From Leucoraja ocellata (lineage: Eukaryota): 64,000 bases of DNA. The stretch is from positions 9,548,001 to 9,612,000 of the forward strand of contig JAWMAR010000033.1 of assembly GCA_036785375.1 (NCBI GenBank), written 5' to 3'. A program made the translations under genes and the position numbers. Shown here one piece after another: positions 8,144 to 20,365 of the stretch (its first letter is position 1; the number at the start of each line of letters is the position of its first letter). The notes below the pieces were generated by a model. The model searched no databases. It saw only the letters and a list, made by a program, of their open reading frames with translations, and was not told where the DNA came from.

Positions 8144-11100
8144 GTGAATGATTATTCCGTTTTTTTTCCCCAGGTAAAATTGCTCCAATTTTCCACTTTA
8201 GTAGAGTTAGTTAAATCACCACTTCTGATCTGGGTGGCCATGGCCTTAAAGCAGAAGGCAGTACAACTGGATGGCAAAGGGGGAGGGAGGGGGGGGGGGG
8301 AAATATCTGGTTGTCACCCGATACAAGCTTTCTGTCATTCTATACACCAGGAAATAGTTTGCAACACACAGTTAAGGAAAGGCAAGGAGTAAGAAAGAGA
8401 CAACAAATAAATTCTTATGGTAGACACAAAATAAATTCTTATCTTGTCAATAAAAATAGAAAATGCTAAACGTATTCAACAGACCAGTTAATATCTATCG
8501 GGAAGGGTCTCGACCTGAAAAGTCACCTGTTCCTTCTCTCCAGAGATGCTGTCTGACCCGCTGAGTTACTCCAGCTTTTTGTGTCCATTGACAGAGAAAC
8601 AGTTAACAGAGCAGGTCGATGATTAGCTGTTTATCTTGTTAAATTAGCAAATTTGCTGTAAGCGTCACAGTGTTGGACACTGTGAAGAATTTAATGGATG
8701 GGTTCTTAGTAAAAGGTTAAGATCTTTTATGGGATAATGGGATACCTGTGTGTGATTACAAGGCAGACATTGGATGAAATGTGGAGTTGGATTAAATTAA
8801 TCGGAGTAGTGAGGTGGCCTATTCTTTACTCCCCATTTTTTATTGGACCTGGTTTACAATATATGTGAATCTTTTTATGGTGCATTCTTTTGTGGGTGGA
8901 TCCTATTGATCTGGTTATGTAAAGTGACAGAGAAATGTCTGTAATTGGGGGAGGGGGGTGGGGGTGGGAAGAGTATGGTGGGGGGTGGGAGGGGGGTTGG
9001 GGGGATGGGGGAGGGGTCTCAACCCAAAACGTCGCCAATACCTTCTCTCCATAGATGCTGCCTCACCCGCCGAGTTTCTCCAGCAGTTTGTGTCTACCTC
9101 CCATCTAAGTTTATTTTCCTTCTGTTTCTGCCCGCAGCTCGGGGAAGGTTAGAAGGGAACAGCCTAAAGCTAGACTTCCTCACAGGACCACTGGCTCCGG
9201 ACCCCACTTTGTACCCGTCATGCTACAGTGCCCGTTTGCCCCGGCCAGCCCCTCGTGTACGTGCGGATGCCCGGGAGATCCTCGAGAGGGGACAGAGGGG
9301 CTCTGTGGGCGTGCTGCTACAGTTGGAAGGAGTGTCACTGCACAGGCAGCCTCCGCCAAGAAGTTAGTGGACTCTTTTACTGCTTACATCTGTGTATCCT
9401 TCAGCAGCAACAAGGAACTGCAGATGCTGCTTTATAAAAATAGACACATAGAGTTGGAGCAACTCAGAATGTCAGTCAGTTGGGTCGCCAACTTCCTCAC
9501 TCCCAAATAAGGGACAAAAGGTTAAAATAAAGGACAAATTCCTGACAGCAATTCCTTAACCGACTCGGCCGTGGCTGGGTGAATGATGAGTTGGCCCGGG
9601 TGCTGGACTGCACACAAAGCCCAGCCGGCGGGCCAGTTGAAGTCCGGCACCCCATCCAACTCGTGAACCGATGATCGGCCATGAGAAGGAGGGGTGGTGG
9701 TGGTGTCGGTCACAAAGGGCGGACAGCTGGCCGGGCTGCCGACCGACGGGGTCACGGGCGAGGCGCTGCTGCTGCTGCACTCCATGGGCTGCACTACGTT
9801 GGGACGGGTGAGGCGGGGCCGGTCGCGGCACTCCCACCCGACAGTCCCCTCGACCCGAGTAGTAGCACTCAAATACGGGACAAGGGCGGTCCCGTACGGG
9901 ACAAACCAATTTAGCCCAATATACCGGGATGTCCCGGCTAATACGGGACAGTTGGCAATCCTATCAGTCAGCATCTCTGGAGAACATGGATAGTTGATGT
10001 TTTGGGTCGGAGCCTATCCTCAGGGTCCTGAGCAGAAACGTTACCTATAATTGTTCTCCAGAGATGTTTCCTGACCTTCTGGTTTTACTCCAACTCTTTG
10101 TGTATCCATTAGTGTTGGGTCTGCAATTTCTTGTGCTGAACAGCCTTATTGCTATAGTGGGATATCTCCATAAAATGAAAAAACATATTAAAGAACACAG
10201 TAATTAAAATAAATAAATGAAACAGCTTTTGATGATGGGACGGCAACAGTATGTGTTTGGCTATTGCTTGGTGATTTGGTGATTTATCCCAGACACCTGG
10301 CGGTTCATCTGTGCATCCCAATTTATAGAACAGGAACAGGCCCTTCGGCCCACAGTGTCTGTGCCAAACATGACGCCAAGACCATCTCCTATCAGCCTTC
10401 ATTCCCCGCATTATCCATGTGCCTATCAAAACATCTCTTCTGCCATATTATGGAAATGTTTACAGAAATCCCAGTGATGGTTAGATGACTTCAGTCAATT
10501 AGTACTGTATATCTCTCAGCTCACTAGAGATGTTTTTATTCCAATTGCATGGACCAGTATTAGGACAGGAACAGACCGTTCGGCCCACAATGTCCACACT
10601 GAACACGAAGCCAAGTAAATGAACCTCCTCCAAATGAATAATAATAATAATAATAATCTTTATTTATATAGCACTTTTCAACAAAACCAGTATTTGAACC
10701 AAAGTGCTTTACAGAGATTGATTAAATTAATTGAACAGATCAAATGTCAATAAATCCATAAAAACAAAAAAAGAGAAAAAAGAAAAAAGACACAAGGAAA
10801 TCAAATCCTGAGGATTGGAAGGGCCACCTGGCTCGAAGGGCCGAATGGCCTCCTCCTGCACCTATTTTCTAAGTTTCTATGATTGCCCTCCATTAGTGCC
10901 CAAACCACTGCCACGAGGCTCACCGGACTATAATCTCCTGGATTTAAGAAGGATTTTGTTTCTTGCTAGAGAAGGAGCCCAGGGACCACGAGAAGGAGAA
11001 CGTGCGGCGAATGAGGGAGATCCAGAAAAAATGCAGAGAGAAGGACCAGGAGCGTGAACAGAGCGGCCCCAAACCGGTGAAAGCGTTGTGGAAATCCACA

Positions 11101-14100
11101 AGTATGAATCCGTTCCATCAAAAGTGATGGCTCGCTTACAGGTAAAGGCCCGGCCTAGGTGTGAGAGAAGCTCCTGGCAGGCAGGAGAGTAGTGGGAGGC
11201 TCCTGAATGAATAGTGAGATGGATAAACTTGCACAAAGCAGAACAGAGTAAATGACTTGTGTGTGGGCTCCGTATGAAGTTAAGTCTCTCTCGAAAGCAT
11301 CCAGAGAACTGGCCTCCACCGCCCTCTGAGATAGTCTTGGAGATAAAACTTGGAAACCTGTCTTTCAGCCCAACGAGTCCAGGCCGACCATCGATCCCCC
11401 GTTCACACTAGTTCTATGTTATCCCACTTTTGGGTCTCGCTTTTGGCACTCAGCCATGATCATATTGAATGGCGGTGCAGGCTCGAAGGGCCGAATGGCC
11501 TACTCCTGCACCTAACTTCTATGTTTCTATGTTTTGCATCCACACCCTACACACTAGGGGGCAATATACAGAAGCCAATGAATCTGCAAAGCTGCAAGTC
11601 TTTGGGATGAAACCCCAAAGGGAACGTGCAATCGCCACACAGACAACGTCCGAGGTCAGGATCAAACCCGGGTCTGTGGCATCGTGAGGCAGCATCTCTA
11701 CCAGCTGTGCCACTGTGCCACCTGAAAGTGTACCACTGTGATAGCAAAGAAGTGACAATCATGACATGCCAGGAGCACTCTACTCTCAAGAGAGAGCTAG
11801 ATTGTATCTGGTCAAAGACAGTCACAGTGAATACATGCCTGTAACCAGGTTGCAGACTTGCAGACTTTCCCAAATGCTGACTGATTCCTTTTCTGTCTTT
11901 TCTGTCATTTCTCCTCAGGACAACACATCCCCCAAGCCTTTGGATAATCAGCACTACCTTAAAGCTCACTCGCGATGTGGGACTGGGGTCGGTCCCAAGA
12001 GATCCACATCCCCGAGCCCAACAAAAGCAGAGGCGTGTGTCGAGGCTCCAGAGGATTCTATCGCAAATGTGAGTGAAATATTGGACAGAACTCACGAAGT
12101 ATTTAAACGTAGGTAGACAGAAATGCTGGAGAAACTCAGCGGGTGAGGCAGCATCTATGGAGCGAAGGAATAGGTGACGTTTCGGGTCTTGACCCGAAAC
12201 GTCACCTATTCCTTCGCTCCATAGATGCTGCCTCACCCGCTGAGTTTCTCCAGCATTTCTGTCTATCTTTGATTTTTCCAGCATCTGCAGTTCCTTCTTA
12301 AACATTGCGTATTTAAACATGACTGTTTCATGCTTTGTTTAGTTTAGTTCAGAGATACAGCACAGAAACAGCCCCTCATCCCATTGAGCCTACAATCACC
12401 TGTTCACACTAGTTCCAAATTATCCCAATTTTCCATCCACTCCATACACACTAGGGGCTATTGACAGAGAGCAAATGAACCTGCATGTCTTAGGGATGTG
12501 GATGTGGGAGGAAACTTACTCGGCCACAGGGAGAATGTGCATACTCCACACAGACAGCATCCGAGGTCAGGATTGAACTTGCGCCCTGGCACTGTGAGGC
12601 AGCAGCTCTACCAGCTGCGCCACTGTGCTGCCCAAATGATCAAACTGAAGCGTTACTCAATCCAAGGACAATGTTACCAACTTGCAAACTCATTGCCCTG
12701 GGAAAGTGTCTGGGAAAGACTTTTGTGGGAACGTCTTGATAATCATAGAGCATAGAACAGTACAGTACAGGAACAGGCCCTTCAGCCCACAATGTCTGTG
12801 CCGAACATGATCTCAAGACCACGTATATTCCTGCACATAATCCATATCCCTTCATTCCTGCATATCCATGTGCCTATCTAAATGTCTCTTAATTTGCCAG
12901 GCACCCTTCACCATGCACATCTTTACACTTTGCCCCTTCACCTTGAAACTATGCCTTAAACCTCTGATATAACCTCTCTGTAAATTTGCTGTTATTGCAA
13001 CTAATGAAAGTGAATTTTGTTTCCTGGTGATAATTACTAACCTGCTTGTTTTTTTAATTGCAGGCTCAAATCACAGGCGTTGGTATAGATTTCATCAGGC
13101 ACAACGCCCAGAATGCAAGGAAAATGCCAGTACGACGCTCCAAATCTCTGCAGTCCCTGACAGACGTGCTGGACAGGAAAGAGAAAGAACAGCAGGACTA
13201 CATCAGCCAGAATAAAGGACAGCTACCGCAGTAGTAAGGAATGCATTATTCATCAATCCTTTTCCTTCACCTATTCCGCTGCAACTGGGTGCTATTGGTA
13301 GCTTTTATCTCCAGAAATTATCCCAGCCTCACTCACCTTAACCTCCTACTCAATCCCCGACATAACCTTCCACATATCTCCATACAGCGCCAGAGACCTA
13401 GGTTCAATCCTGTCTGTACGGAGCTTGTACGTTCTCCCCTTGACCTGTGTGGGTTTCTCCGGGAGCTCCGGTTTCCTCCCACACTCGAAAGACATACAGG
13501 GTTGTAGGTTAATTGTCTTGGGAAAATTGTACATTGTCCCTAGTGTGTGTTGGATAATGTTAGTGTGCGGGGATCACTGGTCGGCACGGACTCGATGGGC
13601 CGAAGGGGCTGTTACTGCACTGTGTCTCTAAACTAAATTAACCAAAGATGCCGTGCTCTGCTCTGCCTTGAACGGTCTTGCATTTGATCATCCCTGCTTC
13701 TGGCGATTCCTTTACATCTTTTCCAGAGCTAAATTTGCCGTTTGCTACCCTGTGAGATCGACCAATGTTGAATCACACATGCCGAGGCCGACCACGACTG
13801 TCCATGACTGTCCATGACCTCAGGTGGTGAACCCAGAGTCTTGCACCTGTGGCCCTTTGCCCTCTCACCTGTGTCAAGTACGACACAGTACAGCACAGGA
13901 ATAGGCTCTTCGGCCCACAATGTCTGTGCTGGACATGATGCCAGAATAAACTCTTCTCTCCTCCACAAGATGCATATCCCTCCATTCCCTGCATATCCAC
14001 CATCATATCCAAAAGCCTCTTAAATGCCACTATTGATTCTGCCCCCACCACTGCCCTGGCAGTGCATTCCAGGCATCCACCACCTTCTGTGTAAAAACAA

Positions 14101-16416
14101 AACTTCCCTGCACATGTCCTTTAAACACTGCATCTCTCACCTTAAAGCTAAGCTCTCCGGTCTATGACATTTCCATCCTGGGAAAAATGTTCTGTCTGCT
14201 TACCCTATATATATATACGCCTCTCAAATGTTATAAACTTCTATCAGGTCTCCCCTCAACCTCTAACGTTACAGAGAAAACAATCTAAGTTTGTCTAAGT
14301 AGTTAATACATTCTTCCACCATCCCCTCAGCATTGAAATCAACTTATACTGAAGGGTTTCCAAACTTGACCATCTTACAGTCAGGAAGTTTTTACAACTC
14401 AGCTTTGGATTCTCTCACTCACCCACAATTAGCTGCTGATTAATCTTGTTCACTCCATTTGCAATAATGATGGTTACATACCTCGGTCTTGCCCAAATCC
14501 TTTAGCAAGGTTTTGGGCCTTGCAAATTGAATCTTGAATCTTGAATCTTGAATCTAAGTTTGAAAAGTGGAACATGTACAAGGCATGTCCTTTGTTCCAG
14601 AGTGACATTGTCAAATTGAATGTTATTTGCTTTTCTTCCTTTAATTAAAAACTATGTTTTCCTTTTTTCTTCTCTCAGAACATTCAATAAACTTATCGAA
14701 TAGTGAAAGGCTTGGATAGAGAGGATGTGGAGAGAATGTTTCCACTAGTGAGGGAGTCTAGAGTCTAGAGGCCGTAGCCTCAGAATTAAAGAATTAAATT
14801 CTATGTTTCTATGTTTCTAAAGGACGTTGCTTTAGGAAGGAGATGAGGAGGAATTTTGTTAATCGGGGGTGAATCTGTGGAATTCTTAGCCAAGTCAATT
14901 GATATTTTTAAGGCAAAGATAGATAGATTCTTGATTAGTACGGGTTTCGGGGGTTATGGGAAAAGGCAGGAGAATGGGGTTAGGAGGAGAGATAGTCAGC
15001 CATGATTGAATGGCGGAGTAGACTTGATGGGCTGAATGGCCTAATTCTGCTCCTATCATTATGACGTTGTAAATCCTCTCATAAATCCTCTCCGTGTTTC
15101 CAGTTTAATTGAACGGCGGAATCAATGGAGGAAAGATGCGGAAGAGCGGCAGAAAAATATCCCTGACCCCAGCATGCCTCCAGGTCACACCAGGATGCCA
15201 GAGAATGAAAGACTGGAAACACTCAGTTCCCTCCAACAAAGTAAGTTTCTGTGCTCTCCCTGCTGTAGAGGATAACATCTGTAGGATGACCCGAAACGTC
15301 ACCTATTCATTTTATCTGACCCGCTGAGTTACTCCAGCACTCTGTGTCTATCCTCTTATGAATTATTGACAGGGTAACAGTTTGTGGATAACACTTGCTC
15401 CTGTACCAACTCTACATTTGGGTTAAACAAGCATTTCAGTCCAGCTCGCCCCATACACCGTGTACAGATCATGCTCGGACAAAGCAGTGCCTAGTGATTG
15501 CAAGTTTTAAACAAATAAGTACAGCCATTTTCCATTTCAAAAAGCAAGAGCTGCAGATGCTGGAAGTCTCAATTAGAAGCAGAACATGGTGATAATATAT
15601 GGTAGACAAAAGTGCTGGAGAAACTCAGCGGGTGCGGCAGCATCTATGGAGCGAGTTTCATAGATGGACCTCCGCTCCGTAGATGCTGCTGCACCCGCTG
15701 AGTTCTCCAGCATTTTTGTCTACCTTTGATTTCCAGCATCTGCAGTTCCTTAACCATATAACCATATAACAATTACAGCACGGAAACAGGCCATCTCGGC
15801 CCTAGAAGTCCATGCCGAACAAATTTTTTTTCCCTTAGTCCCACCTGCCTGCACTCGTACCATAACCCTCCATTCCCTTCTCATCCATATGCCTATCCAA
15901 TTTATTTTTAAATGATACCAATGAACCTGCCTCCACCACTTCCACTGGGAGCTCATTCCACACCGCCACCACTCTCTGCGTAAAGAAGTTCCCCCTCATA
16001 TTACCCCTAAACTTCTGTCCCTTAATTCTGAAGTCATGTCCTCTTGTTTGAACATGGTGATAATATGCAGCAGGTCAGGCAGTATCAATGGAGAAAACAG
16101 ACAATATTTTGGGTTAATGACATTTCATCAGAGCCCGTGAACTATTCAAGGTACATGGGTGATGCAAGTTGAGTGTTTAAAGTATTTATGTTTTAATTAA
16201 CTTGAACTACCTGCTCACCTTGTTTAATCTGCTTCCTGCCAACCCCTACCCCTAGCCCAAAAGCAGCTGATCAAGCAACTGCTGATGTTTCCTGTGCGAG
16301 TGGATACGATTGGCATGCAGAATAGACGAGCTGACCTGGAGAAGAAATTGGCAGAGATCGAAGAGGCCATTAAAATCTTCTCTCGGCCCAAAGTTTTCAT
16401 CAAAGTTAATGTCTGA
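8059..16416 (+). CDS. ENKD1: Enkurin domain-containing protein 1, join(8059-8143,9138-9362,10970-11141,11919-12068,13064-13233,15104-15240,16256-16416); ~366 aa if one missing base near 11097 is restored
   Basis: MSEGPSNISGPIPPDPTL..., RLEGNSLKLD, ILERGQRG, DHEKENVRR, DFIRHNA, DPSMPPGHTRMPENERLETL and IKIFSRPKVFIK match vertebrate ENKD1; all introns GT-AG; exon sum is 1100 nt, one short of a multiple of 3. Confidence 0.92.
9138..9362 (+). CDS. ENKD1: ENKD1 coding exon 2
   Basis: ARGRLEGNSLKLDF...LLQLEGVSLHRQPPPR; phase 1/1; donor GTTAGT. Confidence 0.88.
9480..9963. mobile_element. hAT-type MITE nested in a hammerhead repeat
   Basis: TIR ttgggtcgccaact / agttggcaatccta; 8-bp TSD tcagtcag (9472-9479, 9964-9971). 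Confidence 0.8.
10970..11141 (+). CDS. ENKD1: ENKD1 coding exon 3 (apparent 1-bp deletion)
   Basis: KKEPRDHEKENVRRMREIQKK...ALWKS, then KYESVPSKVMARLQ in a shifted frame; 172 nt where phases require 173. Confidence 0.88.
11919..12068 (+). CDS. ENKD1: ENKD1 coding exon 4
   Basis: DNTSPKPLDNQHYLKAHSRCG...; strong acceptor, GTGAGT donor. Confidence 0.88.
12109..12308. mobile_element. Fold-back (inverted pair) hammerhead repeat
   Basis: Perfect 75-bp arms 12114-12188 / 12191-12265; flanking repeat gtatttaaac. Confidence 0.85.
13064..13233 (+). CDS. ENKD1: ENKD1 coding exon 5
   Basis: AQITGVGIDFIRHNAQNARK...KGQLPQY; phase 0/2. Confidence 0.9.
15104..15240 (+). CDS. ENKD1: ENKD1 coding exon 6
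   Basis: LIERRNQWRKDAEERQKNIPDPSMPPGHTRMPENERLETL, enkurin domain. Confidence 0.92.
15750..16049 (-). mobile_element. CR1-clade LINE 3' end with (GTTATATG)n tail
   Basis: Nearly identical to the plus-strand copy at 27421-27782 ([10 protein letters not shown]...[14 protein letters not shown]). Confidence 0.8.
16256..16416 (+). CDS. ENKD1: ENKD1 coding exon 7 (stop)
   Basis: TQKQLIKQLLMFP...LAEIEEAIKIFSRPKVFIKVNV*. Confidence 0.92.
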
Positions 16417-16747
16417 GCAGCTCAGAAAGGTAAAGTTCAGGTTGCAGCAACATTTCTGTTTCTGGTTATTGCTTGGAATAATGGTTATGATGTGAAAGGC
16501 TTGGTTGTGATGTGAATGGGGAGAAGAGAGTTGAGGTGTATGAAAACAAATTTGAATCAGTTACCAAATACACAGGATAAGATGTTAAAAAAATCCAAAG
16601 TGCCAAATATCAACTTGCTCCCGGTGGTACACGATACAAGATACATTTATTTGTCACATGTGCCAGTTGGCACAGTGAAATTAGATAACCATACAGCCAT
16701 ACAATAAAAATAAAGAACACAACACACGATAAAGTTAAACACAAATT

Positions 16748-17113
16748 TCTTAAGGGGTTGGACAGGCTAGATGCAGGAAAATTGTTCCCGATGTTGGGGA
16801 AGTCCAGGACAAGGGGTCACAGTTTAAGGATAAGGGGGAAATCTTTTAGGACCGAGATGAGGAAAACTTTTTTCACACAGAGAGTGGTGGCTCTCTGGAA
16901 TTCTCTGCCGCAGAAGGTAGTTGAAGCCAGTTCATTGGCTATATTTAAGAGGGAGTTAGATGTGGCCCTTGTGGCTAAAGGGATCAGGGGGGTATGGAGA
17001 GAAGGCAGGAACAGGATACTGAGTTGGATGATCAGCCATGATCATATTGAATGGCGGTGCAGGCTCGAAGGACCGAATGGCCTACTCCTGCACCTATTTT
17101 CTATGTTTCTATG
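16748..17113 (+). mobile_element. CR1-clade LINE 3' end with (TTCTATGT)n tail
   Basis: [13 protein letters not shown]...[10 protein letters not shown]...[14 protein letters not shown], typical CR1 ORF2 C-terminus. Confidence 0.85.
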
Positions 17114-17941
17114 TAAACATAAAACATCCCCACACAGCAGAATCAAAGTTTCCCACTGTGAGGGAAGGCGCCAAAGTCAGTCTCTTCCTCTAATGTTCCC
17201 CAATGTTCACGCGTGGTCGGGGCCTCCCCGAGCCCTCCGAAGTCGCCGCTACGGGCGGCCCGATATTCAGGCCCGGTGATGGGAGCCTTATGCACTCACC
17301 TATGCTCCTCCGATGTTGAGAAAGACTAGGCAGACACGTCATTGTGGTTATCAAGTGGGCACCTTTTCACTGGTGCAGCGAGCAGATCTACTTCCTCACA
17401 ACAGCAGCGACCTGGATTGATCCTGATCCCAATCCCGAGTGTCGTGGAGTTTACATGATCTTCCTGTGACTGTGTGGATTTCTTCCGGTGCTCCGGTTTC
17501 CTCCCACTTCACAAAGACACAAAGAAGATTTGTAAGTTAATTGGCTTGTGTAAACTACCCCTAGAGTTGTTGCAAAAGTGGAATTGTTGTGAATGGGTGA
17601 TCGATGGTCGGTGTGGATTTGCTGGGCCGAAGGTCCTGTTTCTATGCAGTATCAATCATATTAAATGTAGGTGCTGGCTTGAAGGGCCAAATGGCCTATT
17701 CCTGCACCTATTTTTCTATGTTTCTAATTTTCTACGAAAATTAGAAACATAGAAAAATAGGTGCAGGAATAGGAAATTTAGAGTAATTTCGTAATTCTAC
17801 AAAAATTACCTTTTGAAAACTAGTGATGTTGTTCATCTCTGAATTAAATTTAGTTTATGGAAAATTAAACCTATTTTGTAGCCAAATGAATCATTTGAAT
17901 CCTCTGAATTATAGTTTTGTTCTTGTTCCTTTACATTGCAG

Positions 17942-18065
17942 GCTTTTAAACAGAGACATTTCTGGACTGCAGGAAACAAGTTGGAGCTACGGCACACTTT
18001 GCTTTCTGAGTCTGTTGGTAATGTTTCTCACAGATCTGTAAATAAACTGACAGAATATTTTTTTA
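17942..18065 (+). other. Probable non-coding terminal exon of ENKD1 with AATAAA at 18041
   Basis: Donor AAG|GTAAAG 13 nt after the stop (16430); long pyrimidine tract and CAG at 17939-17941; AATAAA followed by a T-rich tract. Confidence 0.5.
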
Positions 18066-18319
18066 TTGTAATTAAATGTTCATTTTGTGATTCCAATGTT
18101 ATTAAATTGATCAATTTTTGAAACAACATGTTTTTGTTCTTTGAGACCTATAATAAGAGAAATGTTTGGATTGTCAAAACTTCCAAGGAGTGGTGGAATT
18201 TTTACCTTGTTTATGTGGCATTCACAGACCATCCTCCTTTCCTTGCAGCCCCCTGACTCAATATCAAATTTCCCAACCTCCGATAACTTGCATTCTTTGC
18301 CTATATCAGAACTGTGTGC

Positions 18320-18614
18320 GGCATGGTGGCGCAGCGGTAGAGTTGCTGTCTTACAGCACCAGAGACACGGGTTTGATCCCGACTACGGGTGCTGTCTGTA
18401 CGGAGTTTATATTTTCTCCCCGTGACCTGCGAGGGTTTTCTCTGGGTGTTCTGGTTTCCTCCCACATCCCAAAGATGTACAGGGTTGTAGGTTAATTGGC
18501 TTGGCAGAAATGTAAATTGTTCGGTAGAATAGTGTCAATGTGCGGGGATCGCTGGTCGGCGTGGACTCGGTCGGCCGAAGGGCCTGTTTCCGCGCTGTAT
18601 CTCTAAACTAAACT
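18320..18614 (+). mobile_element. HE1-type V-SINE (tRNA-derived head, V domain, CR1-like tail)
   Basis: A box TGGCGCAGCGG, B-box-like GTTTGATCC, ggtttcctcccacatcccaaaga V core, (AAACT)n tail. Confidence 0.8.
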
Positions 18615-20094
18615 GGTCACTTTTTGCTACAAGTCATTATCTGTTATTTTTTTCTCTTTTGTTCCCTCTCCATTAAAACACGTATTTGCAACTCATCACA
18701 CTTCTTTATAGCAACAAACAATCAGCCATGAGGGGAAAATAATTGCCGCCGATACTGCTCAACCCACAGATCCTCCAGCATACTGTTCCACACCTAGTTA
18801 TCCCCTCTGACTGGCCTCATTAGCAATATATTCCCTTTGCAGAATGTGACCAAACTCTACTTGGCAGCAAAGTGTGAAGTGGAAACGTTTGTGGCATTGA
18901 TGCATTGTAAATAAAATGTTAATGTAACAACCTTTAAGTTTGTTATTATATATACAGAAGTGCAGTGAAAATCTTTGTGTTGCATGCTATCCAAGCAGAT
19001 CAGATATACCATACATGGATACAATCAGTTCAAAAACAGATACACTAAATAGAGCAAAGAGGAAGATACAGAGTGCAGAATATAGTTCTCAGCGTATATC
19101 ATTTCTTTTCACAATGTTCCCAATGTTCTAATGAGCTCTAAGGGCTAGTGAAGTCGAGGGATTTGGGGAGAAGGCAGGCACGGGTTATTGATAAGGGACG
19201 ATCAGCCATGATCACAATGAATGGCGGTGCTGGCTCGAAGGGCCGAATAGCCTCCTCCTGCATTTATTTTCTATGTGTCTATGTCCTCAATGGGATTAAG
19301 GTGAAATGGAAAGTACCCTTGCTTATGGAAGGAGTGTTCAGAGGCCTGTTAACAGACACTCGCTGAACAGGGATAGGGATAGGGAAGGTTTTGAGGGATA
19401 TGGATCAAAGGCAAGCAAATGGGACCAACTTAGATGGGGCATCTTGGTCGGCATGGCCGAGTTGGGCTGAAGCCTGTTAGTGCTGTATTTCTATTGAAGG
19501 CACAATGAATGTGACTCTATTTGATGGCACAAATACAACGTCCAGGTTCAGGAATAGCTACTTCCCCACAGCCATCAGGCTATTAAACCTGGCTCGGACA
19601 AAACTCTGATTATTAATCCCATTTTTTGTTATTTGCACTTTATCAGTTTATTTATTCATGTGTGTATATATTTATATTATGATATATGGACACACTGATC
19701 TGTTTTGTAGTAAATGCCTACTATGTTCTGTGTGCTGAAGCAAAGCAAGACGGGACTAGAGACGGAAATTAGCTGCTGATTAGCTACAATCTCGCATATT
19801 TACATGCAAAATGTTAATTAATATGCACTGTCCCTATAAACAAAACATTATTATTATTATTATTGTCCTATATAGGGACACATGACAATAAACTCACTTG
19901 AACTTGAACAATGACAGCATTTTCTCTGCATATTTCTGAAATAATGTGCAGTGCTCCCCATGCATGTGGACGTGGCATTCCCAGGGACACGTTGCCAGAC
20001 TTTCTATTGGGGTTTCTGCACTATCTCTCTGCAATAAAGCCAATAGATCAACCGTATAAAGAGGTTTATAAATATAGTGTAAGGCAGGTTGCAG

Positions 20095-20365
20095 CCAGAG
20101 CGGGCGCGCGCACGGTTTAAATCCCCGGGCGGCGGGGGCGCGCACGCGGCCTAGCGACGCAGCAGAAGCCTGGGCTGACATTGTGACGGCGGCGCCTGCC
20201 CGGGACCGACGGGGACGGGGACGGAGACGGGGAAAGGAGGCTGCCGTTCGGGCGGGCCTTGCACCGAGAGCCGCCGCCATGAGCAAGAGGAAAGCGCCGC
20301 AGGAGTCGCTGAACGAGGGGATCACCGACTTCCTGATCGGTAATGGAGGCCGGGAGACAGCGCGT
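20095..20365 (+). promoter_or_regulatory. POLB CpG-island promoter and 5'UTR
   Basis: CpG-dense; GGGCGG GC boxes, GCGCGCAC NRF1-like motifs, TGACG CRE half-site near 20184; Kozak GCCGCCATG. Confidence 0.65.
20279..20339 (+). CDS. POLB: POLB exon 1
   Basis: [20 protein letters not shown]. Confidence 0.95.

Noticed and set aside
11547-12320. 257-aa minus-strand ORF
   Set aside because: Chance ORF across a palindrome, the antisense of an ENKD1 exon and a SINE
8059-16416. Calling ENKD1 a pseudogene
   Set aside because: A single lesion in a short homopolymer with otherwise intact exons, splice sites and promoter; an assembly error is at least as likely
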